Source: Octopus sinensis (lineage: Eukaryota). Taken from it: a DNA stretch of 64,000 bases. The stretch is taken from NCBI RefSeq assembly GCF_006345805.1, contig NC_043004.1:22692001-22756000 (forward strand), given 5' to 3'. The notes below the pieces were generated by a model that saw only the letters and a program-made list of their open reading frames with translations, had not been told where the DNA came from and did no database searches. The first letter of the stretch is position 1; every line of letters begins with the position of its first letter. Shown in pieces: positions 14,800 to 28,292 of the stretch. The translations under genes and the position numbers were made by a program.

Positions 14800-15619
14800 G
14801 AGAGAGTGAGAGAGAGAGAGAGAGAGAGAGAAGATATGAGAGGTAATGGTATCAATAAGACGTAATGGCGTCAGGTCATGCTGAGTAACAGCTATGAACA
14901 GACCAGAGTTAAGCTACAAGTTCTGTGGTTATGCAAATAAGGAGTTCAACGTAGGTCATATATCAGCATGCGTATATATAATTTTTTTTTCAGAATGAGA
15001 TAAAATACCAAGGCTGTGAATATTTTAGAACATTTATAAATAGAAGGTCGTACATCTGTTTCCAGGATATTTATTATATCCATTCATCGGAGACGGTGTG
15101 AGAAAATGGTTAAGCATTAGTTAATTTAGATTAGTTACGAAATAGAGAATGAAGTGGAGGAATGAAAATAGATGTGAGATATGCAGGCGACCTTAAATAA
15201 AACCCTTGATTCAAGAGCACTATGTACAAACGCTATACTTGGAATGACCAACTTTACTATTGGAATTTACAATGACCAATTTTAAATACTATTGGGATTT
15301 ACTCACAATATATTGGAATCTTATATGTATACAATTCTACCTAAATAATAGATCGACAAATGCAATATATCTGCATATCTCACATCTATTTTCATTCATC
15401 CACTTCACTCTCTATTTCGTATCATATCTGAATTAACTATTGATTAACCATTTTCTCACACCGTCTCTGATGGATGGATATAATAGATATCCTGGAAACA
15501 GCTGTAAGACCCATTCATAAATGTTCTAAAATCTTCACAGCCTTAGTTTCTTTATCTCATTCTGAAAAAACAATTCTATATATACATACATATATATATA
15601 TATATATATTTATATATAT

Positions 15620-15778
15620 GACAGGCTTCTTTCAGTTTCCGCCTACCAAATCAACCCACAAGGCTTTGGTCAGTCCGAGGCTATAGTGGAAGACACTCAA
15701 GATTCCACGCAGTGGGACTGAACCCGGAACCATATGACTGGTAAGCAAAATACTTACCATGCAGCCACTCCTGTGCCT
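15620..15778 (-). mobile_element. SINE family B, 5' half (tRNA-like head)
   Basis: Reverse complement of 28505-28680, with A-box/B-box-like GGTTCCGGGTTCAGTCCC. Confidence 0.85.
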
Positions 15779-16139
15779 ATATGTATGATATGTGTGCGCG
15801 TGTGCGTGTGTGTAGATAGAGAGAGAAAGTGAGAAAGAGCGAGAGAGGGCTAAGGAGAGAGATACAGAGATTTACGAACTATTTGGACATCTAAAATTTG
15901 GCTGTTTTACTTTTCAAGTAACACGAAGTTGTTATCATCTTTTTGACACGAACCTTATATTTGTTCAGTCAGCTATTACAGATTTTGCGTGACTAACACA
16001 AGCATTGTGAGGAAAAGTATTTTTATAAGTCATGGCATAAAAATTGAAATAGACAAAAATATAGATGTCTGGGGAAAGTCACTTTGTCTTTATGACAGAT
16101 GCAAATACGCACACACACACACATTTAAAAGTACATCTT

Positions 16140-16357
16140 TTCAGGTTTCAAATTTTGGCACAAGACCAATAACTTGGGAGAAGGTTAAGTCAGTTACATC
16201 AACCCATTATTCAAAAGATAGTTATTTTGTCGACCCCATTGGATGAAAGGCACTGTTGACGTCGTCATCAGTGGAATTTGAACGCAGAGCGCAAAGACGG
16301 ACGGGAAGCCGCTAAGCATTTTGCACAGCATGTTGCCCTCTTCACCAGTTCGCTGCT
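16140..16357 (-). mobile_element. SINE family A, near full length
   Basis: Similar to the reverse complement of 44630-44825 and 25440-25617. Confidence 0.8.
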
Positions 16358-18172
16358 TTCTTTCAGTTGTTAATATTGCTTTCAAAGAGTTGATGTAAGA
16401 ATTAAGAAAGTTAATATACTGTAGTATGCACACGTAAGGCATAGGAATATATTGAACGACTTTGTTGCCATCCATCAATAATCTTCTCGGTTAATCATAT
16501 ACCGTCGAGTATTTGAATTTTTCGTACCACAGAATATGCAAAATCGGGACCTTAACTAGTTTTATTCTAAATGGAATATGTGTCATTAATTCTAATTGTC
16601 TTTCTGCTTCGTCTGTTATATTAATTCCCGGCAGTGTACAGTTTTTGTTTGATTGGGATGCCTTGATATTTCAGTTACACACACACACACACATTGCCCG
16701 GAGATCTTTCGTCACACATCCGTGACCTCTTCAGCGACACTTTTGAGATGTAATACAGAGATTCGTCAGAAATATGGCGTTAATGAATCTAGATATATTT
16801 GAATAAAGCGATAGATGTGACAAAAGCTGAAGCATTCTGCATGTTTTCACATTGCATAGCATTTTCTAAACCCCCAAGTCCACTCTCATTGCACTTGCAG
16901 ATGACCAAAGATTTCTTAAGATAGATCCTCATATTTTTTCGCATATCAATGATTATATGTCCAATAAAGTTTGCATTATCAAAAGTTCGTCCAGTGGTAT
17001 TTCAGTAAAAGCGCTATGTTGATGTATTTTCTCTTGTTGAATTTTAGTAAAGGGCTCCAAAGTTCTATATAGAATACATATGGAATGCCGTTTCATATTT
17101 ATCTGTAGTCATCGTTTCCTTGTTGAACTCAGTGGATAATGTAGTTTGCTGAACAAAACATTTAACTTGACGAGCATTTGTATTTATATTCTAAAAATTA
17201 GACTTGATATACTAGTATCTAGATGAGTTCTGCAGGGAAAAACAATTGCCTTTATTTGATAGAATATGCATATATAACTGTAATCGAAATAAATAAACAA
17301 AAAAAAGCAAGAAATAAATAAACGTCTTTAAGCTTTGGCTTTGCCTAACTTCAACACTGCTTCAAAGTCATTAAAACTGTTAAAATATGATGAGAAGAGT
17401 GGGTCAATTCAATTAAAATTGCCTGACTATGCGAAAGCTGGAATGTCCAGTTACGATGTTTGCCTAGCAAGTGGCTTTAAATTTGACCCGTGCCTGAGTC
17501 GAAGGGATATCAAAAGAGACTGGATTCATGTCAAAGAAGTTGTCCAGTCCTTAGGTGTTAAACATGATAATATACCAGTTTTGCTCCACAACGGGGTTCT
17601 TTGTGTTAAGGCAGTTGCCGGCGTTGAGGCCAGCTCTTCTCACTGATAACAACTTCCTCCTAACTCCAAGTTTTAGAAGGCTTGAAAAATGTTCGTGATT
17701 TCACAAATCAATCTTGAATCAGAAAACTATGATGATGAAATATTCTGAATGAAACGAATATTTTGATGAAATATTTTTTACTTCTGTCAAACAATCGTTA
17801 TTTCACAGATGCTCAAGTATTAGAATGGCTCTTCATCACAGGTATGAGACATACTGAAAGAAGTTGATAGGGACGGGAAAATAATAGGAATAATGAGTAT
17901 TTAAAAAGTACTTGACGTTTGCAACATGTTCGCAGACTGATACTACACATCAACACCATCGTTGTTGCGGTCGTCATCGTCGTGGTTGTTGTTGTCAACA
18001 GCGCATCCCTGACGTCGTTCTGATATAGCGCCCTGTTAGTCAAACCATGACCATTAAACCTTTTTGCAGAAATAGTATTATCCAAAAATACATTTTCCAT
18101 CCAATATCTCACGCTAGTTTTAAGATAGGGATGAGTACTTTGATAGAAATATTGCTACTTTTAAAAGGTCCC

Positions 18173-18350
18173 GTGATTGCATACATGCACTTTCGCTGAT
18201 GCATCACCGTCTAACAGAATTTCGTAGCGGCCCTCATAAAACTCCCTAAAGTTCAACAGGTCGAGTGATTGCACGCATGCACTTTCGCAGATGCATCACC
18301 GTATAACAGAATTTCATAATGCTCCTCATAAATCTCCATAAAGTTCAACA
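18173..18350. repeat. Tandem duplication, 2 units of about 92 bp
   Basis: GTGATTGCA..CATGCACTTTCGC.GATGCATCACCGT.TAACAGAATTTC...AAAGTTCAACA starts at 18173 and again at 18265. Confidence 0.9.
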
Positions 18351-19124
18351 TATTATTCTAGCGACCATTAATTAAATGAGCTCGTCAGCCAAGAGAAGTA
18401 GCATCAGCAATAATGAGTGTTTGATATTATGATTTAGCCACTTAGCCACTTTACGGGTTTGATTACAGAATTAGATACTCTGAATTTACTACTTAAAGAA
18501 TGCAACAATTGCTACTAAATTATCTACACTGAGTAGAATAGCTGAGGGCAAACTCAATTTGAACTGCAATTTAATTATTTTAGTTCAATTATGCCCCTAA
18601 AGTATTCGAAAAAAATCCGAATCATACATCTTTCTCAAGCAAATCTGAGAAAGTATTGCTGTAGAAAATTAGCATTGAATAAACACACATGAAACAAAAA
18701 AACCGACATCACGGACATTTCGAAAATAAACGTCATAGAAAGCAGAAGCAGGTATCCTAGAAACTGACACTAATAACATGATAATTGCCTTCCTTTATAG
18801 TCTTAATTTGATTTCAGTGAATACTGAAGGTGCTTCTTGCGTTCCAATTTGAATAAGATTTAATTGGATCAAGTCTTAAAGTGAAAAAGTAACTAATGGT
18901 CGTAGGTTCATTTCAATTAGAACGAAACTGCAACATTTTACGTTTTCGGCGATGAAAAGCTGTAGAATAACATCTTAATTTTACGAAACATAACATGCAA
19001 ATTAAAGTCTAAAATACAGCCATTCAATGTGAGAAAATGAAATGATGCCAGTTTTATATTTGGATGAATAGCCATGTGCCTTTACACGAAAATCACTCGA
19101 TTACTACAACTACTACTACTACTA

Positions 19125-20900
19125 CACTGGATAATACAAATTTTTATTCTCTAAATGTTTTTAGCGTTTCTAATGTAATTTTTCTCCTGATTTCAAAACT
19201 ACTCTTGAAAATTGCACAGCATCGATATTTTAGGAGAAAGTTGCGGTTTTCTAGAGAATGGGAAGAAACTTTAGCTGCGGTAGTACTTTATTCAAATTAT
19301 TCACATTGTACCTTAATAGGAACTAAAAAATATTTTGCTCTAATATTTATTTTTAAACTAATGAGAAAATGTAAGAAAAGCTATGATGAGATTATAATAA
19401 TATTTTACTAGAAATGCATCGAAACTCGTGCTCATTGTGAGATCCTATATCTGTACACATCATTGACCATATATAGTTCCCCACCATTGCAGTGTCCCAT
19501 CTTCCCTGTATCCTTTCTCAACTGTAGAAATATACTGATGGAATTTCTCGCCATGTTCCTCATTCACTTGACCAGAGTTTTCGCGAAAAATGTATAAATC
19601 CGAATGCAAAAACATACCTTTAATGACATTCTACAGCCTAAATTCTCATAACAGTCAATAAGTTTTGCTACGACATGCTTGTTGATTGGGTCTTTGTTAT
19701 TACCAGAAATCTTATTTTACTTGGATTACCGGATGTAATCCAAGTATAATATGAAGTCAAGCATTTTAAAGTCACCACAAACATCCCATTTAAACATATA
19801 GTTTACTTTCTAAAGAAGCTTTATATACGTTGTCATAATCTTCCTTCATTTGTACCGAGTATGCAATAGAAAGGGATTGATGCTGATTTCTATTGTGCAA
19901 TAAAGCGGCTTTGGGGCTTTTTGTTGCGCTATGAAAGGTCACCATACCTCAAGGTTGTGATCAATTGCAATAGCTGTAAATAAGCTCTTTATGTCTTTAC
20001 AGAAGCAAGATCCTCAATTCTGTAAAAGTATACTTCGAATTCCTCATGGTACCTCCTATATATACAGTTAATCTGCGGTCCTTCCGCGAGAGACTCCATT
20101 CATTCAGCCTGGATGCTAAAAGCTCAGTTCCTGATTTAGTGAAATCCAAGTCCCTAATGAGATCATCCAGTTCACGTAGATTTGGAAAGTGCAGGCAAGC
20201 ACTCGCTCCTGGCTCAAGTGTTGCATACATTTCTTCGTTGTCGCCACTTTCGGACTCTCCTGCTGAGACCTCCATTATATCCTCTACCTGAAAAATTTAA
20301 AAGGTTGCATTTAATAGTTGAAACCTTAATAAGAATTTTATGTGTAATCACAATTTCAATATTGATTCTGTTGCCATGAATGAAATAAAAATTTGTTATT
20401 AATACTTAGGATGTACTAACATTTTCTGGCGGCCGGGGAATCGGTACGTTATTATGTGACAGAGGTGCAATGGAGAATGGAATGCTGGCATACAGAACGG
20501 CTTTACTTCCCTTAACTCTTCCGTATTTAATGTATCAACCATGCAAAAACAGCAATCATTGTGACCATTCTTGGGCCCTCGCCAAACTCTCAGAACAGCA
20601 AAAGACATTGATTTTCTTGCACTTCTAGCCCACCCATCGACATTTAATCTACAAGTTCGATATATCACATCAGGGGCCCACGGTTTTCCTTGGTCACCCA
20701 TACTCATTCCAAAATGCAGTCTATAAGCAATGCATTACTTAGCTCCATTCACATGCTTTTTCCCACATAGTAAACATAGTATCCACACACATAAAATATA
20801 TCTGGTGAATTTCTGCATTCTCGTGTGACCATGGTCATGAAAATTCCATGTTTACAACAAAAACTTGAAAAAGAAATGTCATTGACAAATGCACAGTGCC
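19125..20900 (-). mobile_element. Chapaev3-like (CMC group) DNA transposon relic; transposase pseudogene at about 19430-20838
   Basis: Minus-strand segments in order: RECRNSPDIFYVCG; GDQGKPWAP...WRGPKNGHNDCCFC; HFPNLRELDDLIRDLDFTKSGTELLASRLNEW; LLHNRNQ...QMKEDYDN; KWDVCGDFKM; GNNKDP...LGCRMSLK; EEHGEKFHQ...QGRWDTAMVGNYIW. A CACTG-starting terminus lies at 19125. DNA-transposon origin is secure; the Chapaev3 label is less so. Confidence 0.85.
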
Positions 20901-22183
20901 CGTGAGCAAACAGTCACCAAACGGGTATAACAACGAAACTAAATGGGACGCCGGACAGAAGATGGTGGGATGGGAGACAGCAACGCAACACATGCTTTCA
21001 TAAGGTGTGATAGCAACGGCATCACTGAAGCGCCTCTGTTGAACCTCTTGTGTGAGGCCACTGCCTTTTCACTTAAACATTTCAATACTCTTGTACGAAT
21101 AATGGAGATGAGATATAAAAGTTATGAACGAATGATTTATTAGTAGAGTGGGAAAATATATTTCACAGCAAAATATTTACTAGATAAGACAGTATATTCC
21201 CAAAGTAGTTTGAAATTCAGCACCAATCTTGGTGGTATATTTCTTACACTATTATATACTCTGTCTATGTCTCACTTCATCTGTTAGTAACTACTTTTTC
21301 GATTTATTCTAATATACACTTATTTCAATTAATTTAATCTCTACTACTTTCTTTGTTTTTTTTAAATTTTTCATTTTAGTGTTTCGTTTTGGATTTTGAG
21401 GGGGTTTTTTCCCGCTCCATTACTTTCTTTGTTCTTTCTTTCTTTCTTTCTTTCTTTCTTTGTATCAATGCGTTACAAGGTAAAAATTTAAAGCTGTTTA
21501 ATATTTCAGAAAAGAGTTTTATGTATGAATAGCATTTTGGAAGCATTAAAATTCGACAATAATTTTTCACCCTCTATTTCCCAATCTTTTTCTGTCTTTT
21601 ATATATATTTTTTTTTATGCTCTATTTTTATAAAAATTTGAATGCATTTCATGAATGTATTTAACTGCACAGAACAACAGTTAACCTACTCGCAGTTAAC
21701 CTACTATTATATAATTTGTACTGTTTTTTTTTAATTTTTTTCTTGTACCTGCAACCAATCTGTACAGGTAGTTATTGTTTTTGTATGAATCGCTGAAATT
21801 TCATATCAGCGGTTTCCTGTTTTATGTCGGAAATTTTTTATCCGGCTACTAAAGTCTTAAAATAAGAAATTACAAAATTTCAATTTGCACTCAGCTCCAT
21901 TAGCAATTAATCTCTCATATTATTTCATTTACACTTATCTTCATTTTCATTGATGCTTAATTACTTATACATACTTATACATACCCACATATCCATACCT
22001 TCTACTCTCTCCCTTTCTCTCCTACTTTCTCTCTCCTCTCTCTCTCTCTCTTTCCACCTATATATGTATATATGTATGTATGTATATATTTATATATATA
22101 TATATATACATATGCATGCATACATACATATACGTATACACATATACATATATGTATTAGTATTTGTACACTTATATATACAT

Positions 22184-22217
<34 letters not shown>

Positions 22218-22230
22218 GTGTGTATGTATG

Positions 22231-22262
<32 letters not shown>

Positions 22263-22279
22263 GTGTGTGTGTGTGTGTG

Positions 22280-22326
<47 letters not shown>

Positions 22327-22449
22327 GTATATATATATATGTATGTATGTTACTTCAGTTATTAGAGTGCACTGATGCTGGGGCACTTTGAAGAATTTTA
22401 GCGGAGCGGATCGTCCCAAGTACTTATTTATTCTTTAACCTTGATACTT

Positions 22450-22705
22450 ATTATATAATTCTCAGTTACAGGAACGTAAACACCAGAAACGGGTGTCAAG
22501 AGGTGGTAGGGAACAAACGCAGACACACATACAGTTATTTGACGGGCTTCTTTCAGTTTCCATCTACGAAACCCACTCACAAATCTATAGCCACATGCAG
22601 GCTGTAGTAGATGTTAAATGCATTAGGTTCCACATTGTGGGACTATACTCATAACTATATGGTTGAGAAACAAACTTCTTACTATGTAGCCGCGCTTATG
22701 CCAAA
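22450..22705 (-). mobile_element. Degenerate SINE family B copy
   Basis: GACGGGCTTCTTTCAGTTTCCATCTACGAAACCCACTCACAA and the head at 22620-22705 match the reverse complement of 28501-28800. Confidence 0.7.
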
Positions 22706-22806
22706 AAGCACATTTATACATATATGTGCGTACATATATATACATACATACATATATATATATATAATATATATATAGATATATATATATATATTGTATA
22801 TATATG

Positions 22807-22870
<64 letters not shown>

Positions 22871-22879
22871 ATATATATA

Positions 22880-23035
22880 TAAATGAGAGGAAAACCACTA
22901 TTATGTAATTCAAACAATGAACGACATAAACCAAATTATAAAGAAAAAATATATTTATATTGTGAAATTTGATTTTATACTAAATTGAATTTTTCCCTGT
23001 AAGTTTGGAGTTATACTCCTTAATATCATTATTAT
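22880..23035 (+). mobile_element. Short Penelope-like-derived fragment in (TA)n, related to the 46606-47040 element
   Basis: GAGAGGAAAACCACTATT resembles GAGACAAAACCACTATT (46621). TTTTTCCCTGTAAGTTTGGAGTTATACTCCTTAATAT resembles TTTTTCCCTGTAATTTTGGATTCATTCCTTAATAT (about 46996). Confidence 0.55.
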
Positions 23036-24599
23036 TATTATTTAATATAAATATATCTACATATGTACACACATACATATATATATATATGTATATATTC
23101 ATACATACTCTTATATATATATGAATGTATATATGTATATATATGTATATATATATGCAGGGAGACTGAGAGAGAAGTGTAGATAGATACATAGCCAGAC
23201 AGATAAATATATAGAGGTGTGTGTGCTTGTGTGTGTGACACTTGCAATTAGTTCAACCAAGCAATAAATGGTTAGCCTTGTAGTATTGTTAAATCCTTAG
23301 ATCATTAGTCAGAAACCAATTACGTAAATGAATAACCTATGCAATTTTCTCACACGCGCATACATCACCTATGTGTATACACCTATGTGTATACACCTAT
23401 GTGATTAAGCTGAGGTAATCACCCCCAGTTAAAATGTAAAGAAGTTACAATAACGAAGCGTAACTAGAATTCTCCTATATTCCTTAAGGATAGTAATATC
23501 CACAGACAGATTCCTAACGCTTATCTGTAAACAAAATTTATAGTTTCACGGAAGTCTGTTTATCTCCGTATAACTATATTTTCAATATCAATTCCATTCT
23601 TTTGTGTGAAGATTTTATCAGGGCTTTTATTGCTGAAAGTGATAAATAATCTTTGAAGAAGAAAAAAACAATGTCATTATGGCTGTCTGTATTTATGAGC
23701 GATAGACATGTGTGTTTGTCAGTATATTGTATGGAAAAAAAGTGAAAGCTAATTGTTCACCTGAAATATCTTTAGTTGAACTATTTCATTATATTTTTAT
23801 TAAATATACGCTTTGAGGTAGGAAAGATAAAATCTTCAGGATATATAACTTGCACGTCTTTTTAGACTCTGTTCGTATTTCACACATAAGAACCTAATTA
23901 CTCACACAATTTACTTAGTGAACTTCGAGGTCGAGTAGGTGATTAAACTAAAACACTAACGAATTTGGTATGACTCAAGGCAATAATACATCCGGGACTG
24001 TTTTTTGTTCTGAGCTGATGATATAATTTGCAGCTGGGACACTTATTTGTACTTACCCTTTGGTATTTTATAACTGATACACATATTCCTGTATGTTATT
24101 AACACTTTAATATAGCGATTGGAATAAGGTTTCGTTGATTTCATGTGCGCAAAATTATGTGGATTTCACAAATGTGTTAATTGTTAAAATTGATCTTATA
24201 TGAATTGTGTAACATTAAACAACATAAAGAAAGATATATATTTTTCTGGTCATTGAATTTGAAAATATTACACCCAGTGATAATTGTGATGAAGCAAAAC
24301 ACAATTGGAACATGAAAAGTTACGACAGTAATCCATCCATGATATGCATTAGATTCTCAGCTTCATTCTTTTCATTTTTATATACTTATTCTTCCTCTCC
24401 TCGTTTTTCTTCTCCTTTTCTTTTCTCTTATAATTTCATCCACATCTTGGATGCATTAGAGGAATATAAATTCCACCTAGTATTTGACTGGTACCTTTAT
24501 TTACTCCGACCAAGAAGGAAGAATGGTAAAAGTGACACCGGGGAGATTCGAGCTGAAAACATACAGGCCCGTAACTAAATATGAGAAACCGTTTCTTCG

Positions 24600-24715
24600 A
24601 TGCTCAACAAAGCAACAGCCTAAAAGAAGAACTAGTAATAATTTCTCTTGACATAAGTAGAACTTTACTCTATGGAACGTATCATCATGCTGCATTGCCA
24701 GAAGAAATGGCATAA
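24600..24715 (+). mobile_element. Tiny CR1/Jockey-type reverse transcriptase relic
   Basis: Translation AQQSNSLKEELVIISLDISRTL...HHAALPEEM resembles the (V/S)LDISKAFDRVWHAALL RT motif. Confidence 0.45.
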
Positions 24716-24825
24716 TACAATATCATATAACGGAATATGTCAAAATGAAACAAAGATCATTTAGTCATTCGTTTGTCTAATTTCTAAACAAAGAATGGCA
24801 GCTAATATATATCTCTCTATCACTC

Positions 24826-24828
24826 TCC

Positions 24829-24908
<80 letters not shown>

Positions 24909-24925
24909 ATATATATATATATATA
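24826..24925. repeat. (CT)n followed by (TA)n microsatellite
   Basis: Directly visible. Confidence 0.97.
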
Positions 24926-25439
24926 TGTGTAATGTTTTAAAACTATACATATATTTTTATATAATGTTTTATATAGACGGAGTCAAAATATCAATATTAG
25001 CGCATTAATATGAGTCACAAGTTATAGGTTGTAGCATCCGGAGCTTTATGAAATAAAGTATGCATATTTAAGACAGATATTTTTCACCGCTTTAGACTCT
25101 TTGAAGTGGATAAAACAAAGTCATTGATAAGAGCATGATTAACGACTTTTAAACAGCAGTAATCATATAACCAAAATATATATTTTAGTTTTATATTGTT
25201 GTTGTGCAGGATTCTATCACTTATCTCCCCTCACACTCTTATATATGTATGCGTGTATGTTTTTAAGAAAGTGCTGGCTGCTTATTCTTAATAAACAATG
25301 AAAAGAGGGACTACGAATAGTGCGTGTTTTCTTTGCATAAAAATGATCCCAAGCTGCAGTGTCGTAACATTATTGGTTATAATGCGAATGTTAGCATCTC
25401 AAATGGTCAACAGTACTATTTCACGATGCTGATGAGTTA

Positions 25440-25617
25440 GTTGCTGCTGAAGCATTATTTCGCCTGCCGCTACGTTCTGAGTTCAAATTCCGCCGAGGTC
25501 GACGTTGCCTGTCATCCTTTCGGGGTCGATTAAATAAGTACCAATTGCATTTTAGGGTCGATCTAATCGACTGGCCCCTTCCCCCCAAATTTCGGGCCTT
25601 GTGCCTAGAGTAGAAAA
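25440..25617 (+). mobile_element. SINE family A, well-preserved copy lacking the extreme 5' end
   Basis: TTCTGAGTTCAAATTCCGCCGAGGTCGAC (B-box-like)...CCTTTCGGGGTCGATTAAATAAGTACCA...GGCCTTGTGCCTAGAGTAGAAAA. Several homologues occur in the window. Confidence 0.9.
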
Positions 25618-25738
25618 TATATTTTTTTCTTCAAAATAATTTAGAAAAAAAACATTCAGCGATTAATTTAGGGACAAAAACAATTAAGTTTCTTACATGA
25701 TCAGAAACGCATTTGCCACAACATATGCAACATTTATT

Positions 25739-25960
25739 TACATTATTTCCATTTGACAGATATTTGTTCTGATCTATTTTGTGGTTAACACAACGTTTCG
25801 GCTGATATACCCTCCAGCCTTCATCAGGTGCCTTGGAGAAATTTCGAACCTGGATCCTCAATCCTAAGGTATTTTTCGATGTTATAATAATAATAATGAT
25901 GATGATGATGATGATGATGATGATAATAATAATAATAGTAATAATAATAATAATAATAAT

Positions 25961-26018
<58 letters not shown>

Positions 26019-26158
26019 TTGAAAAATACTTTAGGAATGAGAACACAGGTTCGAAATTTCCCCTAACACTAGTTGAAGGCTGGAGGGTAAATCGACTGAA
26101 ACTTTATGTTAACAACAAACAAGATGTGGACAAATATCCGTCAAATGTAAATAATGTA
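25739..26158. mobile_element. Foldback element: about 145-bp imperfect inverted arms around a compound (ATA/ATG/ACA)n spacer; Penelope-like-derived
   Basis: Arms 25739-25883 and 26015-26158 are reverse complements at roughly 80% identity by eye. The left arm carries a hammerhead-like core. Confidence 0.8.
25787..25832 (-). ncRNA. Minimal type-I hammerhead-ribozyme-like motif
   Basis: Minus strand: GGCAC-CTGATGA-A-GGCTG-GAGGGTATAT-CAGCC-GAAA-CG-TT-GTGTT. This gives stem I (GGCAC/GTGTT), the CUGANGA core, a 5-bp stem II, GAAA, a palindromic loopless stem III (AACGTT) and a GUU cleavage triplet. Confidence 0.65.
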
Positions 26159-27504
26159 TATAATGTACATAATTCCTCATCTCTTAAATATAGAACTGTA
26201 AATTCAATATTTCTAGACGAAGTTAAATTAGACTGAAAGACGTCCTAATTTGTCTCACGTATATTCCGCAATAATAAAATTAATAATATCCGTTTACTTA
26301 TAATGCTGACCCTTATCACATAATTAAATCTATTTACAGTATTTGTACTTCCTCAAATACATATATTGCCATAAGTTCAGATGATGAACTGTCACAGTTT
26401 TGAGAGCAATCTATTAAAGGTTTTTCGGCATTTATTCTGGCTTTCTGCCTTCTGGTTTCGAATTCCACTGAAATCCACTTTGTGTCATATAATGTGAGAA
26501 TCGAGAAATAACTTACCAGTCACTATTAAGGTCGAGTTCTCCCCTTCCTTGTCTCTGACACTCTCTCTCTCTCCCTCTCTTTCTCTTCCACGCGTGTACA
26601 TAAGCACGCAAAAGAAGGAAGGATAATAGCAGAAAGCTCTGCTATAAATGTGGGCCATGCTAATGATGATCAGCATCGTCAAACTATATAAATAAAACAC
26701 AAAAATACACATTGGGAGGTTGATGTATAAGGAATCTACTCATTGCGAAAATGTGTCGGTGTTTCGACTTCACTTGCGAAGAACTGTACACAGCTGAAAT
26801 AAAAGATTAATGCTGTTTACAATGGCGGCTACATTTGATCCCCAGTTTAGTAAATTTCGTTGTTCCTTCAGTAGTAAAGATGGTTGTGGGAATGTGTAGC
26901 TAGGCTAGTTTCACTATATATACTTGGTACAAGAACTCTTTTGTTGCAATTGACACACATTCTCACACATTTACGCACACGCACAATCACACACAAGCGC
27001 AGTCACCTACCCATACGAACACATATATCTGTATATCTACGAGCCTTTCACATCCAGTTTCTGAGACTTTCGATCTCTCTCTCATTCCTCTCTCACTTTC
27101 CCCCTTTTATCTCCCATTCCTTCCCCTATTATCACTCTCTCTCTCTCTCTCTTCCTCTCTCTCTCCCTGTATTTAGCAGCAGAGAGAATGTTTAAGCTTC
27201 CTTGGAAAACACCAGTATAACCTGATCACTCGTTGACAGTTTCTTTATGGATATGCATTATTCAGAGAAAGAAAAGCATCATCCTTCAGCATTTAATGAC
27301 CTTAGAGACGGTTGGGGGAAGGAAGAGGATTATTTTCACACCAGAAAAAAGACGGCGTGAATGTTTCCAGGAGAATTAATTCCACCAAAGGCAGGTGATG
27401 GTGTTAAGCTCTGCCATTGTTTGAGTGAAGCACCATACATTTAAAATTTTCTCTAATCTAGACATTTTCGGAATGGTCTTCGAAATAGAAATAAATGTGA
27501 TTAC

Positions 27505-27735
<231 letters not shown>

Positions 27736-28069
27736 ACAAAACCAGAAAGGAGAGATCTGATTCGAAAGCTACAGATCCAAGTCATCATTGGAATTGTAAA
27801 AATGTGTAGAACTTACCAGAAGTATATCATCTCAGTATATTTGCGTAGGTCGAGGCATACAACTATATGCATAAGAATATACATACGTAAAGCAAACCAT
27901 AGAAATATTCACATACACTGGCAGAAAATATTGCACTTATACACACATATATCCAAAAATATTCTGTTGATGTTGTTGAAATCGCAACAAAGGAGACTTG
28001 GATCTAGATTAGAAGCCATTTTTTTTCTCTATTGACAAAAAATTTTGAAATAAAACTGAATAATGATAT

Positions 28070-28292
28070 ATAAACATGCATACATACATATATACATACA
28101 TACATACATACATACATACATACATACATACATACACACATACATGCATACATACATACATACATACATACATACATAAATACATACACACATACATGCA
28201 TACATACATACATACATACATACATACATACATACATACATAAATACATACATACATACATACATACATACATACATACATACATGCATACA
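28070..28292. repeat. (TACA)n microsatellite, about 220 bp
   Basis: Directly visible; source of the MYVC-repeat ORFs. Confidence 0.97.

Noticed and set aside
23366-23403. (CACCTATGTGTATA) x about 2.7 minisatellite
   Set aside because: Real but trivial slippage beside microsatellite sequence.
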